A stretch of 53,711 bases of DNA, taken from IMG/VR virus record IMGVR_UViG_3300014050_000031, positions 1 through 53,711 of that record; one strand, written 5' to 3'. This DNA comes from a virus. Its lineage: Duplodnaviria > Caudoviricetes. The position numbers and the translations under genes are program-made. Within the stretch, counting starts at the first letter, position 1; each line of letters starts with the position of its first letter. Positions 20,101 to 29,758 of the stretch are shown here, piece by piece. The notes beneath the pieces are model-generated. The model did no database searches. It was not told the origin of the DNA and worked only from the letters and a program-made list of their open reading frames with translations.

Positions 20101-21986
20101 GTACCATTGGGATCTCTGCCGGGCGTTGTTACTCCAACATACATTGATGCCGGAACAATGGGAGTTTGATAAACAATATCTCTATCTCGATCCATCCTAA
20201 CAATAGCCATACCTTTCGCCCACGATGGATGTCCCGAAACGTCAATTCCAAGCCCCAATGCTTGAGGTAGGTCTTTGGGCTCAATGCCGGCTAGTAGGGA
20301 GTAAGTCCCATATTCAAGTGTTCCAAACGTTCCAGTTGTTATTGGGCTAAATACGCCGATATGCTCTCTTTTGGGGAACTTCCACGAAAATTGATCTGAT
20401 GAATGGCTGTAAGCATTACCCTTTAATGGGATAAGGCTTGCCGTTCCAGACGTTCCTGTAAAAGACGGATAAGGCGCAAGCAATGTGGCAGGACAAAGAA
20501 TCCTCAATGTAGTTGTTGGAACTGCGACGATTTCGGATTCAAAGCTCAAGGTCGTTGATCCAATGGTCATCGTACACGAAACCGACTCTCCTTGTACATA
20601 TCCGGTTGTGCCACTTGGCCATGTTGACCCTCTTGTTATTTCTATTATATTCTTGTTGTAATCTATGCCTCCAACAGCAATTGTTCCGCTTGTTGAAACT
20701 CCAGTTTTGGGTACGCTCTTTGTGAATGAAGAAAAATCAATCGGCTTGACTGGCGACCAGTTACCGTATTCGTCGTGGTATGTTATACCAAAGCGGTAAA
20801 CCTCGTCTCTGAAGTATCCCCTGTACTTGTTGGTATTGATTGGGTCTTCGTAATCAATTGCTCTGCGAATTGTCCTGGCCTCTATAACCTTTGCCTCTCC
20901 ATCTCCTATTCTTCGGTCAAAGTACTTAATGTTTCCGGCAAGAAGACGATTGTCTTTCTCTACAAGGGTCTTGACGGTTTCTACCGGAGCGTCAGGCGCC
21001 GTGATTTCGTCAATATCTAATTCATATTCCGACTCGGTGCCTTTGTAGGTCCCTGTTACTGTCCCGCTACCACTTGCAACCGTGTTTGATATTTCGCTTA
21101 CATAAGCAACCAATTGCTTCACGTAAGTTCCATCGTTGTTCTTGACGACCGCAATTTCTATTTTATCATAGCTACCAGAAGCCTCTGTGCTGGCTATTGG
21201 TATAGAGTAATTAATTGACCTACTAGTCTGTTGCCCAACAGGTCCTCCATAGTAATTGATCGATGTACCGCTCGTGTACGCAAGAGGTATAGCCGGGACA
21301 GGGTTTGTAAAGGTTGACCATTTCGTTGTCGCCAACGGATTGGTTTTCTTTAGCCTGTAAGCAAGCTGATATGTTCCGGCCAACAACGATCCATCATTAC
21401 CAACAGAGGTAATTGACATGTTCATAGCTGAACTTGCCTTGGATATGAGGTCCAATGAAGATGCGGATGCATAAGGCCACAAGGAGTTATCCATGTCAAT
21501 CTTACGGATTGTGTTGTTGAAATCCGTAAAGTAAACAGACTTATTTTCCCTGTCTTCCGTAAAGAACGAGTCAATGCTTCCGGTTGCCTGGAAGTTTAGA
21601 CCCGCAGTATCGGCGCATATTTCATAAATGGCTCCATCGGCGTATGTTGAGTTTTGTGCAAAAAAGTAAATTGCGCCATTGGACGATGACCCAGAGTCCT
21701 CGTCAACATAGCAATACACCACAAATCCATCCTCAAATTCAGTTCCAATTTTAGCCCTAGCCACCGTATAGCCAAGGATGTTGATGTTTCCGACCGTATA
21801 ACCATTTGAAAGCTCTTGCTTTTGCAAAAGCATGGAAGACCTAATTTGGTTGATGATCATCTGCTCACCTGCACCGGTAAGCTCCATGTTTAACGCATCC
21901 CTGTAGGTCCCTTCTGGCTGATAGGCCGGAGAGAAATCCTTGTTTATCCCCTTGAAAAAGGCTTGTCCTTCCTTTTTAATCTCCAT
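17169..21986 (-). CDS. Tail stabilisation/muzzle protein (crAss-like, P22 gp10-type)
   Basis: GINKDFSP..YRDALN start, KDNRLLAGNI, YRGYFRDEVYRFGI, WGGDCFIS and YGKVTKI motifs. 1605 aa. Confidence 0.85.
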   Translation of the reverse strand: MEIKKEGQAFFKGINKDFSPAYQPEGTYRDALNMELTGAGEQMIINQIRSSMLLQKQELSNGYTVGNINILGYTVARAKIGTEFEDGFVVYCYVDEDSGSSSNGAIYFFAQNSTYADGAIYEICADTAGLNFQATGSIDSFFTEDRENKSVYFTDFNNTIRKIDMDNSLWPYASASSLDLISKASSAMNMSITSVGNDGSLLAGTYQLAYRLKKTNPLATTKWSTFTNPVPAIPLAYTSGTSINYYGGPVGQQTSRSINYSIPIASTEASGSYDKIEIAVVKNNDGTYVKQLVAYVSEISNTVASGSGTVTGTYKGTESEYELDIDEITAPDAPVETVKTLVEKDNRLLAGNIKYFDRRIGDGEAKVIEARTIRRAIDYEDPINTNKYRGYFRDEVYRFGITYHDEYGNWSPVKPIDFSSFTKSVPKTGVSTSGTIAVGGIDYNKNIIEITRGSTWPSGTTGYVQGESVSCTMTIGSTTLSFESEIVAVPTTTLRILCPATLLAPYPSFTGTSGTASLIPLKGNAYSHSSDQFSWKFPKREHIGVFSPITTGTFGTLEYGTYSLLAGIEPKDLPQALGLGIDVSGHPSWAKGMAIVRMDRDRDIVYQTPIVPASMYVGVTTPGRDPNGTSNDYTVTNGVGELDYLGPKSLKMGAARSMEFLSVFGGPSYQLPAYKSINSIPENRMMWKKCFAPSVDYVYNSEGTPLIPTPELISLNLDIVDVCGFTLSSLTPTTTTSTVTSGGMSISYPTGYVEARVYSCLDHKLHWYPNNYINMRTQSSAGTGGTYVDTYNRKIQESFLQVNGIQTASYIGQQKYADVTGSLASTGLPYGYYTRTMMNLSSLSTTELIIPITKGQSKILLRSSEQASSPGSTITAARSIVNYLLAGTDLTSQQRNASIDMSSTNTALWNSNIEAQRSLAISLNQFLDDPLYLITANYCPLSAGQFGYIPRDTTNTGRVNTFASVAFSQYLNTYNPTGGTKQLRNGLIYGNPLMNVTWLGSQLPAFNANAIPSYPTIVSGKAAAPVENVDCGVEFSYVGGDNPFNQYSSPSTDIQQALYVANIREGKQDSRYGDPNRIQEYFHTGAYSAITGTSQRVVLEVWGGDCFISKYRYKVNDEYNVPSYYVPTSSGTYGLLADVQGNCNSTSTKVFKTGTKTSPEYIEMYTEGEANAFYNSDRDRFPYYNLTVATPGTVGHYQADAFYNYNFGYSIENFPKSFFSENRLVQISNNYPARLIYSDVRSADLGVDGFSRFRALNYFDMDERYGKVTKIALLNDGEPIIGQDDAVSLLYVNKSLTTLQDNEVLTVQGGTYISENSPPRYLTTNYGVELIRCMIPTESGVYVLDTKRGVLVNISDGAKIVTLARMEEEFRTKFSKTNVPWLENSIEMSYDRVDKNLYIIGFLRDADNYENKDVNVWMTYNAKLDAFVSNLDWDLNGNGHGGKYGNRPLYIFDLNGSTYMLQSHSGSQAHNMLDLHINQWKGGNDYLNLLTGNHLNAVSAEIEYVFNKDVNEPKVLDIVGINSQSLFSQYNVTVYNDTSTLASDTTGNQTSNIVSRLGMVTANIIRGTSDKRLVGAYHVIKLFFNNTGSAINLRSAVNQFRKVFR

Positions 21987-22681
21987 TAATTAGGCGTTTT
22001 GGGTGTACGCATTAATCTCTTTTGGTTTGGCAGCATCGTAAGCCAAGTAGCAATAGCCGCTTCAATCTCTGGCTTCTGAGGCTGATTACGCTTAGACATA
22101 GCGTCTGCCTTCAGGGTTACCCATTGTTGGTACAAAACCTGAATCTCACTCATTGGGATTTCGTTCCGCTTGCGGTAACGCTCTCTCTTCACGAACATGT
22201 ATTCGATGTAAGCGACAATAGCCCTCAAATAATACTCCGGAATCAATGGAACGCCACTAGAGTCTACCGGCATGCCGTAGTACCGGATAATCACCTGGTC
22301 GTAGGAATTGCCACGAATCGTCGTGCTAAACACGAGGTCCGAACCCTGCTTGCTTACCACATAGTCCTTGTCGTAAGTCGTTTGGTCGTCATCCGGAACC
22401 GAAGACCAATAGTTGGAGTCAAACATGGGGTAAGCCACATTACCCGCCGTGCTGTTCTTAACGGCAATAGAGTCGATGTAAACGCAGCCCGTTGGTATGG
22501 GGAAGGTATTGCCTGTTGTGATGGTTCCAGTCGACGTGGTGAGGCTGATGGTCGTCAAGCCGATATCCCGCAGACCCTGGAAAGCCCATTCGTAGAAGAT
22601 GACCCTGTAACGGTCATTCTCCATGCCCAAGGCAATCATCGCGTTGCTGATGACCTGATCGATTGTTACGGTATTAATCAT
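21986..22681 (-). CDS. Tail ring/adaptor protein
   Basis: IRYYGMPVDSSGVPLIPE..AIVAYI motif. Immediately upstream of the muzzle gene. Confidence 0.7.
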   Translation of the reverse strand: MINTVTIDQVISNAMIALGMENDRYRVIFYEWAFQGLRDIGLTTISLTTSTGTITTGNTFPIPTGCVYIDSIAVKNSTAGNVAYPMFDSNYWSSVPDDDQTTYDKDYVVSKQGSDLVFSTTIRGNSYDQVIIRYYGMPVDSSGVPLIPEYYLRAIVAYIEYMFVKRERYRKRNEIPMSEIQVLYQQWVTLKADAMSKRNQPQKPEIEAAIATWLTMLPNQKRLMRTPKTPN

Positions 22682-23412
22682 TGCTCTTTGGCTTGTTCTA
22701 GGTTAGTTCCATCGTAAAGTTCCTTTTCCCTTATCGATATACCGGCAAGTTGAAGAGACCGGAACAGCAGCTCGTTGTGGAACATGGCGTCAATCTCGGG
22801 ATTAACAACAGGTGATATGCTTATGGCTCTTGGGAATACAACCACCTCAACCAGGTAGGAACTCCCAGATACAGGTGCTGCAGGAAAGAACTCAATCCGT
22901 CCTTGGCTCGTTGTTCCGGTTGTTCCGGACGCAAAAGAAGAAATGGTGTAAATCGCAGACCTACCCGTGTTATTGGTAAAGGAATTGAACGTCCTAAGGT
23001 TCCCATAAACCCTTGATGCTGCATTGATGGTCCTAACCCTCTTGGCGCTGTTGTAAGTCGTTGTAGAGCCTGTGGATGCTTGCACGAGGAAATCTATGAC
23101 CTTGTATACCGTGCCTGACACCAAGGCGGTGTTTATTTGGTTAAAGGTTATGTTCGTGGTCCCGGACGCAATACCCGTAACCGTAGCGGTCCTTACCAAA
23201 GTACCGATGCCTTGTTGAAAAGCATCTTCCCGGCTGAAGTCAAAAATGTCGACATCCTTGCGGTCCTGCTTCTTGGTCGGGAAGATAATCTCGTCAATAA
23301 TGCTCAATTGAGCCGTATTAAAGAAATCGGCTTTTTCTGATGCAGTAAAGTAGGGAGAACCCACCTTATCGCAAATCAAATCAAACCTTGAGCTTAGTTC
23401 TGCTGTCGTCAT
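22678..23412 (-). CDS. Tail ring/adaptor protein
   Basis: MT..EL...FD...DK...P.F...E...F.N.AQ N-terminus and PEID..FHNEL C-terminus resemble crAss-like ring proteins. Confidence 0.7.
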   Translation of the reverse strand: MTTAELSSRFDLICDKVGSPYFTASEKADFFNTAQLSIIDEIIFPTKKQDRKDVDIFDFSREDAFQQGIGTLVRTATVTGIASGTTNITFNQINTALVSGTVYKVIDFLVQASTGSTTTYNSAKRVRTINAASRVYGNLRTFNSFTNNTGRSAIYTISSFASGTTGTTSQGRIEFFPAAPVSGSSYLVEVVVFPRAISISPVVNPEIDAMFHNELLFRSLQLAGISIREKELYDGTNLEQAKEQ

Positions 23413-23458
23413 TTTATACCTCTATCTTTCATTTAACAAACAATCCAACACACGGGTT

Positions 23459-23486
23459 CAAAAGAAAAGGGAGCCGAAGCTCCCTT
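23459..23486 (-). terminator. Intrinsic terminator
   Basis: Minus strand AAGGGAGC-TTCG-GCTCCCTT followed by TTCTTTT, just after the collagen gene. Confidence 0.85.
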
Positions 23487-23507
23487 AACAAACCAACTGA
23501 AAGTCTT

Positions 23508-24083
23508 CTACTTATCAGTCCATTCTAGGTCGTCGTTTTCTCCAACAGTCAGCACTTGGCCGGTTGTGCCTACGGCCAAGTTCTTCCACACAGACCCGTC
23601 CCAATACTTAATGTCGCCCTTGGCATCTCCATTGCTGAACCCAGGACCCGCGGGGCCTGTTGCGCCTTGTGGACCCTGTGGCCCAACATCTCCAGGAGGC
23701 CCCAATTCTCCGGGGAATCCCTGTATGCCTTGCGGACCAGTTGGCCCTTGTGGCCCTTGTGGACCTGCTGGGCCTGTGCTTCCGGATGCTCCGGCTGGAC
23801 CGGCAGGTCCTGTTGCGCCATTGCTGCCAACAACTCTGCCAGCATTGACTAGTCGGCCGCTGACAAATCGCAGAATCAAATCGTTTTGCTCAATATAGGC
23901 CGTCTCTATTTCATCAAGCTGCACTTGCGGAACAGGAACTTGTGACGCCTGAGTAGCCAAAAACGCGGACACTCTATCGGACGAAGATCCGATATTTGCG
24001 GCTATTTCAACAGGACTAGCATCTGGGTGCCTTTCTCGGTACCTCAAGATGCGTAGTTCTGTATCTGTAAATGTTGACGGCAT
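23508..24083 (-). CDS. Collagen triple-helix repeat protein
   Basis: About 21 consecutive G-X-Y triplets. C-terminal [18 protein letters not shown] fibre motif. Confidence 0.85.
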   Translation of the reverse strand: MPSTFTDTELRILRYRERHPDASPVEIAANIGSSSDRVSAFLATQASQVPVPQVQLDEIETAYIEQNDLILRFVSGRLVNAGRVVGSNGATGPAGPAGASGSTGPAGPQGPQGPTGPQGIQGFPGELGPPGDVGPQGPQGATGPAGPGFSNGDAKGDIKYWDGSVWKNLAVGTTGQVLTVGENDDLEWTDK

Positions 24084-24095
24084 TACTTGTGCCCC

Positions 24096-24899
24096 TTATT
24101 GAGTTTTCCTGTTCCTGGCGTACTTGTTGATATCAGCCATCGTGATCTCTGGCTCTTTTTGCGCAGGCTCCGGGGCAACGTTTGGGGCAGGCTTCTCGGC
24201 CTTCGCCTCCCTGTCGGATTCCAAGAATCCAAGACGGCTCTCAATCATCTCAAGGACTTCCTTCTCATTTACAATTTTCCCAATGGTTGAATCTTCGTCA
24301 ACACCCAAGGTGTAGCTACCAAAGCGATATACGCCATCGTTTGTTGTGATAACTCCTCGCCCAATGGCGGTTCGGACCAAGTGACGCATTCGGGCCTCAC
24401 GATTAGGAATTGCGTAAATCTTTAGGAACTGTTTTGGATTGCGCTCTGCGTAAGTCAAAACGTTTTCAAATGCGATGATTTCATCTTCCTCATCGTAGAA
24501 CATTCCACATAGCGATGCAACCTCAAGAAGCCTTCTTCCTTTCAGTTCAGAGGCTAATGTGATTGCCTTTGCATTTAGGAGTTTGTCATCAATACGTAAC
24601 TTTGACTCAACTTCTGGCTGTAGCCTTTTGAATAAAGCGTTTCCATTAAACCATGGAGATTCCGGGTTGTTTGGATGATTTGTCAAAAAATCAAGCAATT
24701 CTTTGTTTGACTTATGTACGACCATAGGCTCGTCCGCATTCAAGTGAAACCGCTTATAACGAATTCTGCCATCAGGCAAAATTGTTTCCGTTAACCTATG
24801 GACTACTCCGTCTAAGGTCCTGTACTCGGAAAAGTGAAAAGTACTACCATTGCGAGGTTGCAAAAGAAAGAACTCAAAATCGCTTTGTTTAACTGGCAT
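24096..24899 (-). CDS. Hypothetical protein downstream of the capsid gene
   Basis: 267-aa ORF with a good A-rich start context. Position is typical of crAss-like head modules. Confidence 0.7.
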   Translation of the reverse strand: MPVKQSDFEFFLLQPRNGSTFHFSEYRTLDGVVHRLTETILPDGRIRYKRFHLNADEPMVVHKSNKELLDFLTNHPNNPESPWFNGNALFKRLQPEVESKLRIDDKLLNAKAITLASELKGRRLLEVASLCGMFYDEEDEIIAFENVLTYAERNPKQFLKIYAIPNREARMRHLVRTAIGRGVITTNDGVYRFGSYTLGVDEDSTIGKIVNEKEVLEMIESRLGFLESDREAKAEKPAPNVAPEPAQKEPEITMADINKYARNRKTQ

Positions 24900-24946
24900 T
24901 TTTTAAAATTTATGACACTATAACACATAAAATTTTGTTCAGTTCC

Positions 24947-24980
24947 AAAACAAAAGCCCCCGCCTTGTGGGCGAGGGCTT
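24947..24980 (-). terminator. Intrinsic terminator after the major capsid gene
   Basis: Minus strand AAGCCCTCGCC-CACAA-GGCGGGGGCTT then TTGTTTT. Confidence 0.8.
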
Positions 24981-25001
24981 CGTTACCTCCGATAAGAGGG
25001 G

Positions 25002-26375
25002 TTACGCTGCGTACAACAAACCGTGGTTGTTGGCTGCGCGCAATTCAACACCGATGGAAGAGTAGAAGTCTACTGTGAATCCATCTTTACCGTTAGAACG
25101 AGCGGCTCCGGCACCGGCTTCTGGAGAGGTGATACCTTCCTGGACGGTACGGCGGAACTCAAGGCTTTGGCCCAACAGGTCTTGCTTATAGCGCAAGTTG
25201 ATGAGCGGGTTGCCACGATCGTCGGTACCCATGTTCAAGAACAACATGGCTTTATCCCAGTTGATGCCGGAAGTGGCAGGAGCAGGGAACAGGGCCTCGT
25301 TGGCAAATGGGTAGTACAAAACGAAGTTCAAGATCTTGTCCATGAACTTGTACTTGGTGATGTTCAAACCGGTCATGATACCATCGCCGGAGAACACACC
25401 AAAGCTGATGCCACCGTTCAAGGTGTAGTCGCGGAGTGCGAACTGGGCGTCGGCATAGGCAGAGCTACCGCAAAGGACGGTGAACTCATTTCCGCTGCTG
25501 TTCAGGCACATCAAGCGAACTTGCTCGGCTAAGTCAGTCTCGGCAATAGCTGAAGAGTAGGTCCCTACAACACCGTTAGTGATCACACGCTGCAAGATAC
25601 CGTTACCGCCAAGGCGGCCAGACATTACGTTACCGGTTGTAGCTGATCCGTTTGACTTTGCGGCCAAGATGTACATCTCGCGGTCCATAGCCATCTCTTG
25701 CATGGTTTCCATCTCGTTGATGTAGTAGTAAGACCACTCGCTGTCAGACTTCTTTACGTACTTGAGGTTAGATCCTTGAGTTGTAGAACAAACCACAGAA
25801 CGACGAAGGATGCCTAGGTACTCGCTGACCTGGTTTTCTTGCCATACACGACCGGATGGGCTGTCTGAATATTCGGCCTGTAAATTGTACAAGTGAGCAA
25901 ATTTCATCCCGACCGAAACAGTTGACCCAAAGTTTGCTCCAAGAGCGTCAATGCCAAGAGTTCCGGATGAAGTTGAGCCAGTGGCGCCAGTAGTTGCCGT
26001 TACAACCGCGTAAGCATCGTTTTCAAAACGAATAACATCGCCGACTAAAAATGTGGCCTGAATGCCTGCTCCACCCGCAAACGAAACTCTTCCAGTTGGG
26101 TCCGTGCTTGTGGTAGCTGTTACCGCAGATACAGCGACTGATTGACGGAACTTGCCTTTTTCAAACCAGTTGAAAACGTCGTTACCGACAACAGGGTTCT
26201 TACGGCCGATACGGCTCAAAAGGGTTGTGATGGTGTACTGAGGAAAGCGATAGGTGATGTAGTCGCTGAAATCGGGTTTTTGGATTCCGCCAAAAACGTA
26301 GGTGCTATCCACACTACCAGTTCTGATGGTATTGGGAGCAGCATTGTTTGGATTGACTGTATTAATGTAAGCCAT
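25002..26375 (-). CDS. Major capsid protein (HK97 fold)
   Basis: 457 aa after portal and scaffold. FNWFEK, GNGILQ and C-terminal DGFTVDFYSSIGVELRAANNHGLL motifs. Followed by a terminator. Confidence 0.85.
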   Translation of the reverse strand: MAYINTVNPNNAAPNTIRTGSVDSTYVFGGIQKPDFSDYITYRFPQYTITTLLSRIGRKNPVVGNDVFNWFEKGKFRQSVAVSAVTATTSTDPTGRVSFAGGAGIQATFLVGDVIRFENDAYAVVTATTGATGSTSSGTLGIDALGANFGSTVSVGMKFAHLYNLQAEYSDSPSGRVWQENQVSEYLGILRRSVVCSTTQGSNLKYVKKSDSEWSYYYINEMETMQEMAMDREMYILAAKSNGSATTGNVMSGRLGGNGILQRVITNGVVGTYSSAIAETDLAEQVRLMCLNSSGNEFTVLCGSSAYADAQFALRDYTLNGGISFGVFSGDGIMTGLNITKYKFMDKILNFVLYYPFANEALFPAPATSGINWDKAMLFLNMGTDDRGNPLINLRYKQDLLGQSLEFRRTVQEGITSPEAGAGAARSNGKDGFTVDFYSSIGVELRAANNHGLLYAA

Positions 26376-26393
26376 TTTTTTGTTTGTTTAAGT

Positions 26394-27530
26394 TTAGAAC
26401 AAAGGTTTTTCACCCTTTCTCAACCTTTCAACTTCGGATTCAACAGTAGACAAAGCCTTTCGTGGAGTAGCCTCGGCGATATTTGTTGCCTTCGGTCTCT
26501 CTACGTTGGACAGATTTTGAATCACAGCGGCTTTTCCTGAATTCTTGGCGCTACGGGTAGCGTACTCAAGTACCTTGTCGAACATTTCCAATTTGTAGGC
26601 GCTTTGCACCATCTTTTGGAAATCCGGTTCTCCATTAGGTTTCAGGAAGTGCTTGATCTGGAACTCAGTCGCTTTAGCCTTATCGTTGTAAGTGGTGAGC
26701 ATCTTTTGAATGCTTGCCCGGTCTTGGTCTTTGATCTTGACCCTGTCCACCTTTTCGATGCTATTGATTGCCTTGCGAAGGTTATCATCGTAAACACGCT
26801 GATGTTCTTGCGCTTGTAAAGCAACCTGTTGCTTCTGAACTTCCTGCTGCAACTTCAAGTCCTTTCGTATCCTCTTCGCATTAAGGCGAATTTGGGTCTC
26901 GTCAAGGGAGGCAATGTACTCATCAAGTTCCTCCTTTGTATCAAAGTCGGATTTAAGCTCATACGACAAAAGGTCCACATCTGGAACTGAGTCGTAATCA
27001 AGAGTAGACAAGCCTAAATAACTCAGCCAGTCTCCTCCCTGCTTCATGATCTCATTCGCCTCTCGAATCATATCACTGGCGAATACGGTCTTGGCGGATT
27101 CTTTCGTTTCCTCCAACTCCTGTTTTAGGCTCTTGAACTTTTCTACAAAATCTTGGGAGGTGTTAACTCCCTCAAGTCCAAGGTCCGCAAACTCGTTTTT
27201 GTACTTTGTTACGAAATCATCCGCAGCAGGTACTTCAACGCCTTCGTCCAAATCAATGTCGAAATTGAGGTCCGTGTTAGGGTTCTCATCTGCATTAACA
27301 TTTTCTGCACTCGTTTCGTTTGCAGGATCATCAACATCTGCCTCTTCCCCCAAGTCTTGGGCAGTTTCTGCCGGAGCTTCGGGAGTTTGTGCCACAGGCT
27401 GTTGAGGCACTTCTGGCTGACCGTTAAGGGCGTTTAGTGCCGCTTGTTCGTTCTCATCGCCTATGGGCGAATGAGATTCCGCCTCGCCCGTCAGTTTCTG
27501 AAGGGCTAGCAAATCTAAATCTTCTGACAT
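26394..27530 (-). CDS. Scaffold-like head assembly protein
   Basis: Acidic disordered N-terminus plus coiled coil, between portal and capsid genes. Confidence 0.65.
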   Translation of the reverse strand: MSEDLDLLALQKLTGEAESHSPIGDENEQAALNALNGQPEVPQQPVAQTPEAPAETAQDLGEEADVDDPANETSAENVNADENPNTDLNFDIDLDEGVEVPAADDFVTKYKNEFADLGLEGVNTSQDFVEKFKSLKQELEETKESAKTVFASDMIREANEIMKQGGDWLSYLGLSTLDYDSVPDVDLLSYELKSDFDTKEELDEYIASLDETQIRLNAKRIRKDLKLQQEVQKQQVALQAQEHQRVYDDNLRKAINSIEKVDRVKIKDQDRASIQKMLTTYNDKAKATEFQIKHFLKPNGEPDFQKMVQSAYKLEMFDKVLEYATRSAKNSGKAAVIQNLSNVERPKATNIAEATPRKALSTVESEVERLRKGEKPLF

Positions 27531-27532
27531 GT

Positions 27533-29758
27533 TTATTGGGTTTTTTGTTCTTTTAATGCCTCAATGATGAGGTTAAAGTTCTGTTCCTGCTCTTTTTTGA
27601 GCATATCAAGTTGAGTCTGTTGTTCCATCGTGCGATTCTTTAACTCCTCCCTTAACATTTGGAGTTGTCCTTTGTTCTCGGAACGAGCCCTGTCAACTTG
27701 AATTTGTTTCTCAGTATCTCCAATGATTTGCTGTTGAGCCATCTGTTGTTGCATCATCATTTGCTGTTCTTGCGATTGTTCCGCTTGAGATGCTTTTCGG
27801 TCCTGGAGTGCAAGGAACTTCTTGACGCCTTCTTTTGTGTCTGGATTGAATAAAAGAACCATAGCCTCAGAAATGCTTAGGCTGTTGGCCTGTACAGCGG
27901 AACTAACAAGTTGCTCAAACTTCGGTCTATTGTTCATAATATCATCGGAGTTAACCTTGATAAAAATACCATAATCCTGAAGAGGTACATCTTCGTCAAT
28001 CTCCATAATGTCAACACCGATTTCTGATACGATTGGCTCATACTGCTCCTTTAAGAATGGGAAAATGGTCTTGATGTAGTTTGCGTACTTCTGTAACAAC
28101 TCGTTCTCAAATATTTCAAAAGCCTTGTTCAACGGCTGTGTAATCAGGCTGCTCTGCATAACGGCCATTTGGCTTACACCCACAAGGGCATCGCCTTTCT
28201 GGAAGCCTTGACGAGCATCATTGATTCCGGAAATCTTGTCAATCTCCATGTCGATGTACGATGCCAGGTTCAAATACAGATTAATGGAATTCGAAATACC
28301 CGTGTCAATGCTTGGGAATGGGTTACCGTTAGGTGGCACCGCTTCCTGTCCGCTACTCGTAAACGCAATACCGGAGGTCTTCAGGTAGTACATCACGTCC
28401 TGCAACTGCAGGTTGTCCGGCTTGTAGCGAAGGTCGTAGACAAAACCCTTACGGCCGGCCGTGGACATCTCCTGCTGCACGGTATACATAATTAGGTCCT
28501 TAAACTCCTGCAAGGCAGACATCTCCTCGACCTTGGATACCGTCCTAAAGTTGGTGTACTGAGGGGAGATAATCGTGTAGCTGTACTCGGCTTTCACCGG
28601 GTTGTCAACGCTGTCCCTAACGATGTTGTTCATCTCGCCCCACTCTTTTACGACGCTTGACCCCACAAGGGTTGCCTTGCGGATCGTCTCAATATTCCTC
28701 GTCTCAATGCGTCCACCGTGCTCTTTCTCCTTCTCTGTCAACTTAGGCTTTTCGTCTTTCCCAAGGATCTTGACGTGCTCACCTCCGTATTGGTCTACGG
28801 TTACCTTGGCTCTTACCTGGCGGATGTCTCTCCACTCTGCGTAAAACACCAAGCACATGAATTGGTTGTTTACGGTTATGTAAGGCAATAAGAAGTTCGT
28901 GCCGTTCTGCGAATAACCGCCCCATAGCCAAGAACCTTGGTCGTATCTTATCTTGTTCAACTCCTCAAGCGTCAATCCATAGGTGTCGCAGACTTCCGTA
29001 ACCGGAGCGTAGCGCCACTCGCCAATGAATGCCGAGGTGCTAAAGCTGTCATCAAAGACATAAGGATCCACGATGACATAGCGTGGGTCTACACGGCGGA
29101 TGTGTGGCTTTCCGTACTTGAGTTCGTGCTTGCCAATAGCCCTGCCGGTAATGAGGATGTCCCTCCAAAAGGCAAGCCTTGTTTGGACATACTTGTCTCT
29201 TTCAATCTCGTAGCGCAAAATGGAGTCCATCGTGCGCTCAATGGGCTCCTTGTAGGAAGAGCGCATGTAGAGGTCTAATTCTTCTTCAGAGTACGGAATA
29301 AAATCCGGCTCCTTCATCTCAATAAGTTCGCCTGTCGGATCAATCTTTGGAATGACAGACATCATGATTTTCTGGGCAATGATGGAAGACTTCTTCTTCA
29401 TCTTGCGGGATACGGCCTCACGATTCAGCGTCTTGCACGATACATCCAGCTTCTGAATAGCCACCTCTCCTTCCAAGAGGTTGATTTTGTTGCGAATCTT
29501 GTTGAAGTTAATCCAAAGCGCGGGGAGGCTCCGTCCGTTGTAATCCTTCTGCAGGAAGTCAAACTTCTTGGAAAGGTCGTAGTCCCCGTTGTAGAAGTTC
29601 ATGGACCGGTCCATAGCCGTGTAAAGGTTGGGAATGTAACCGTTCGCCACCGTCTGCCCAAGAATAGCCAAGATGGCTTGCTTGTGATAATCCTCCCCCT
29701 TCTGCGAGTCTTGGACCCACATATTGGGGAAAGTTGTTTGTATTGCGGTAGCGCTCAT
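27533..29758 (-). CDS. Portal protein
   Basis: 741 aa directly after TerL. NKIRNKINLLEGE, RRVDPR, ISGINDARQG and a Q-rich C-terminal barrel. Confidence 0.9.
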   Translation of the reverse strand: MSATAIQTTFPNMWVQDSQKGEDYHKQAILAILGQTVANGYIPNLYTAMDRSMNFYNGDYDLSKKFDFLQKDYNGRSLPALWINFNKIRNKINLLEGEVAIQKLDVSCKTLNREAVSRKMKKKSSIIAQKIMMSVIPKIDPTGELIEMKEPDFIPYSEEELDLYMRSSYKEPIERTMDSILRYEIERDKYVQTRLAFWRDILITGRAIGKHELKYGKPHIRRVDPRYVIVDPYVFDDSFSTSAFIGEWRYAPVTEVCDTYGLTLEELNKIRYDQGSWLWGGYSQNGTNFLLPYITVNNQFMCLVFYAEWRDIRQVRAKVTVDQYGGEHVKILGKDEKPKLTEKEKEHGGRIETRNIETIRKATLVGSSVVKEWGEMNNIVRDSVDNPVKAEYSYTIISPQYTNFRTVSKVEEMSALQEFKDLIMYTVQQEMSTAGRKGFVYDLRYKPDNLQLQDVMYYLKTSGIAFTSSGQEAVPPNGNPFPSIDTGISNSINLYLNLASYIDMEIDKISGINDARQGFQKGDALVGVSQMAVMQSSLITQPLNKAFEIFENELLQKYANYIKTIFPFLKEQYEPIVSEIGVDIMEIDEDVPLQDYGIFIKVNSDDIMNNRPKFEQLVSSAVQANSLSISEAMVLLFNPDTKEGVKKFLALQDRKASQAEQSQEQQMMMQQQMAQQQIIGDTEKQIQVDRARSENKGQLQMLREELKNRTMEQQTQLDMLKKEQEQNFNLIIEALKEQKTQ

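Noticed and set aside
23556-23898. Several overlapping ORFs on both strands
   Set aside because: Shadow frames of the GC-rich collagen repeat.
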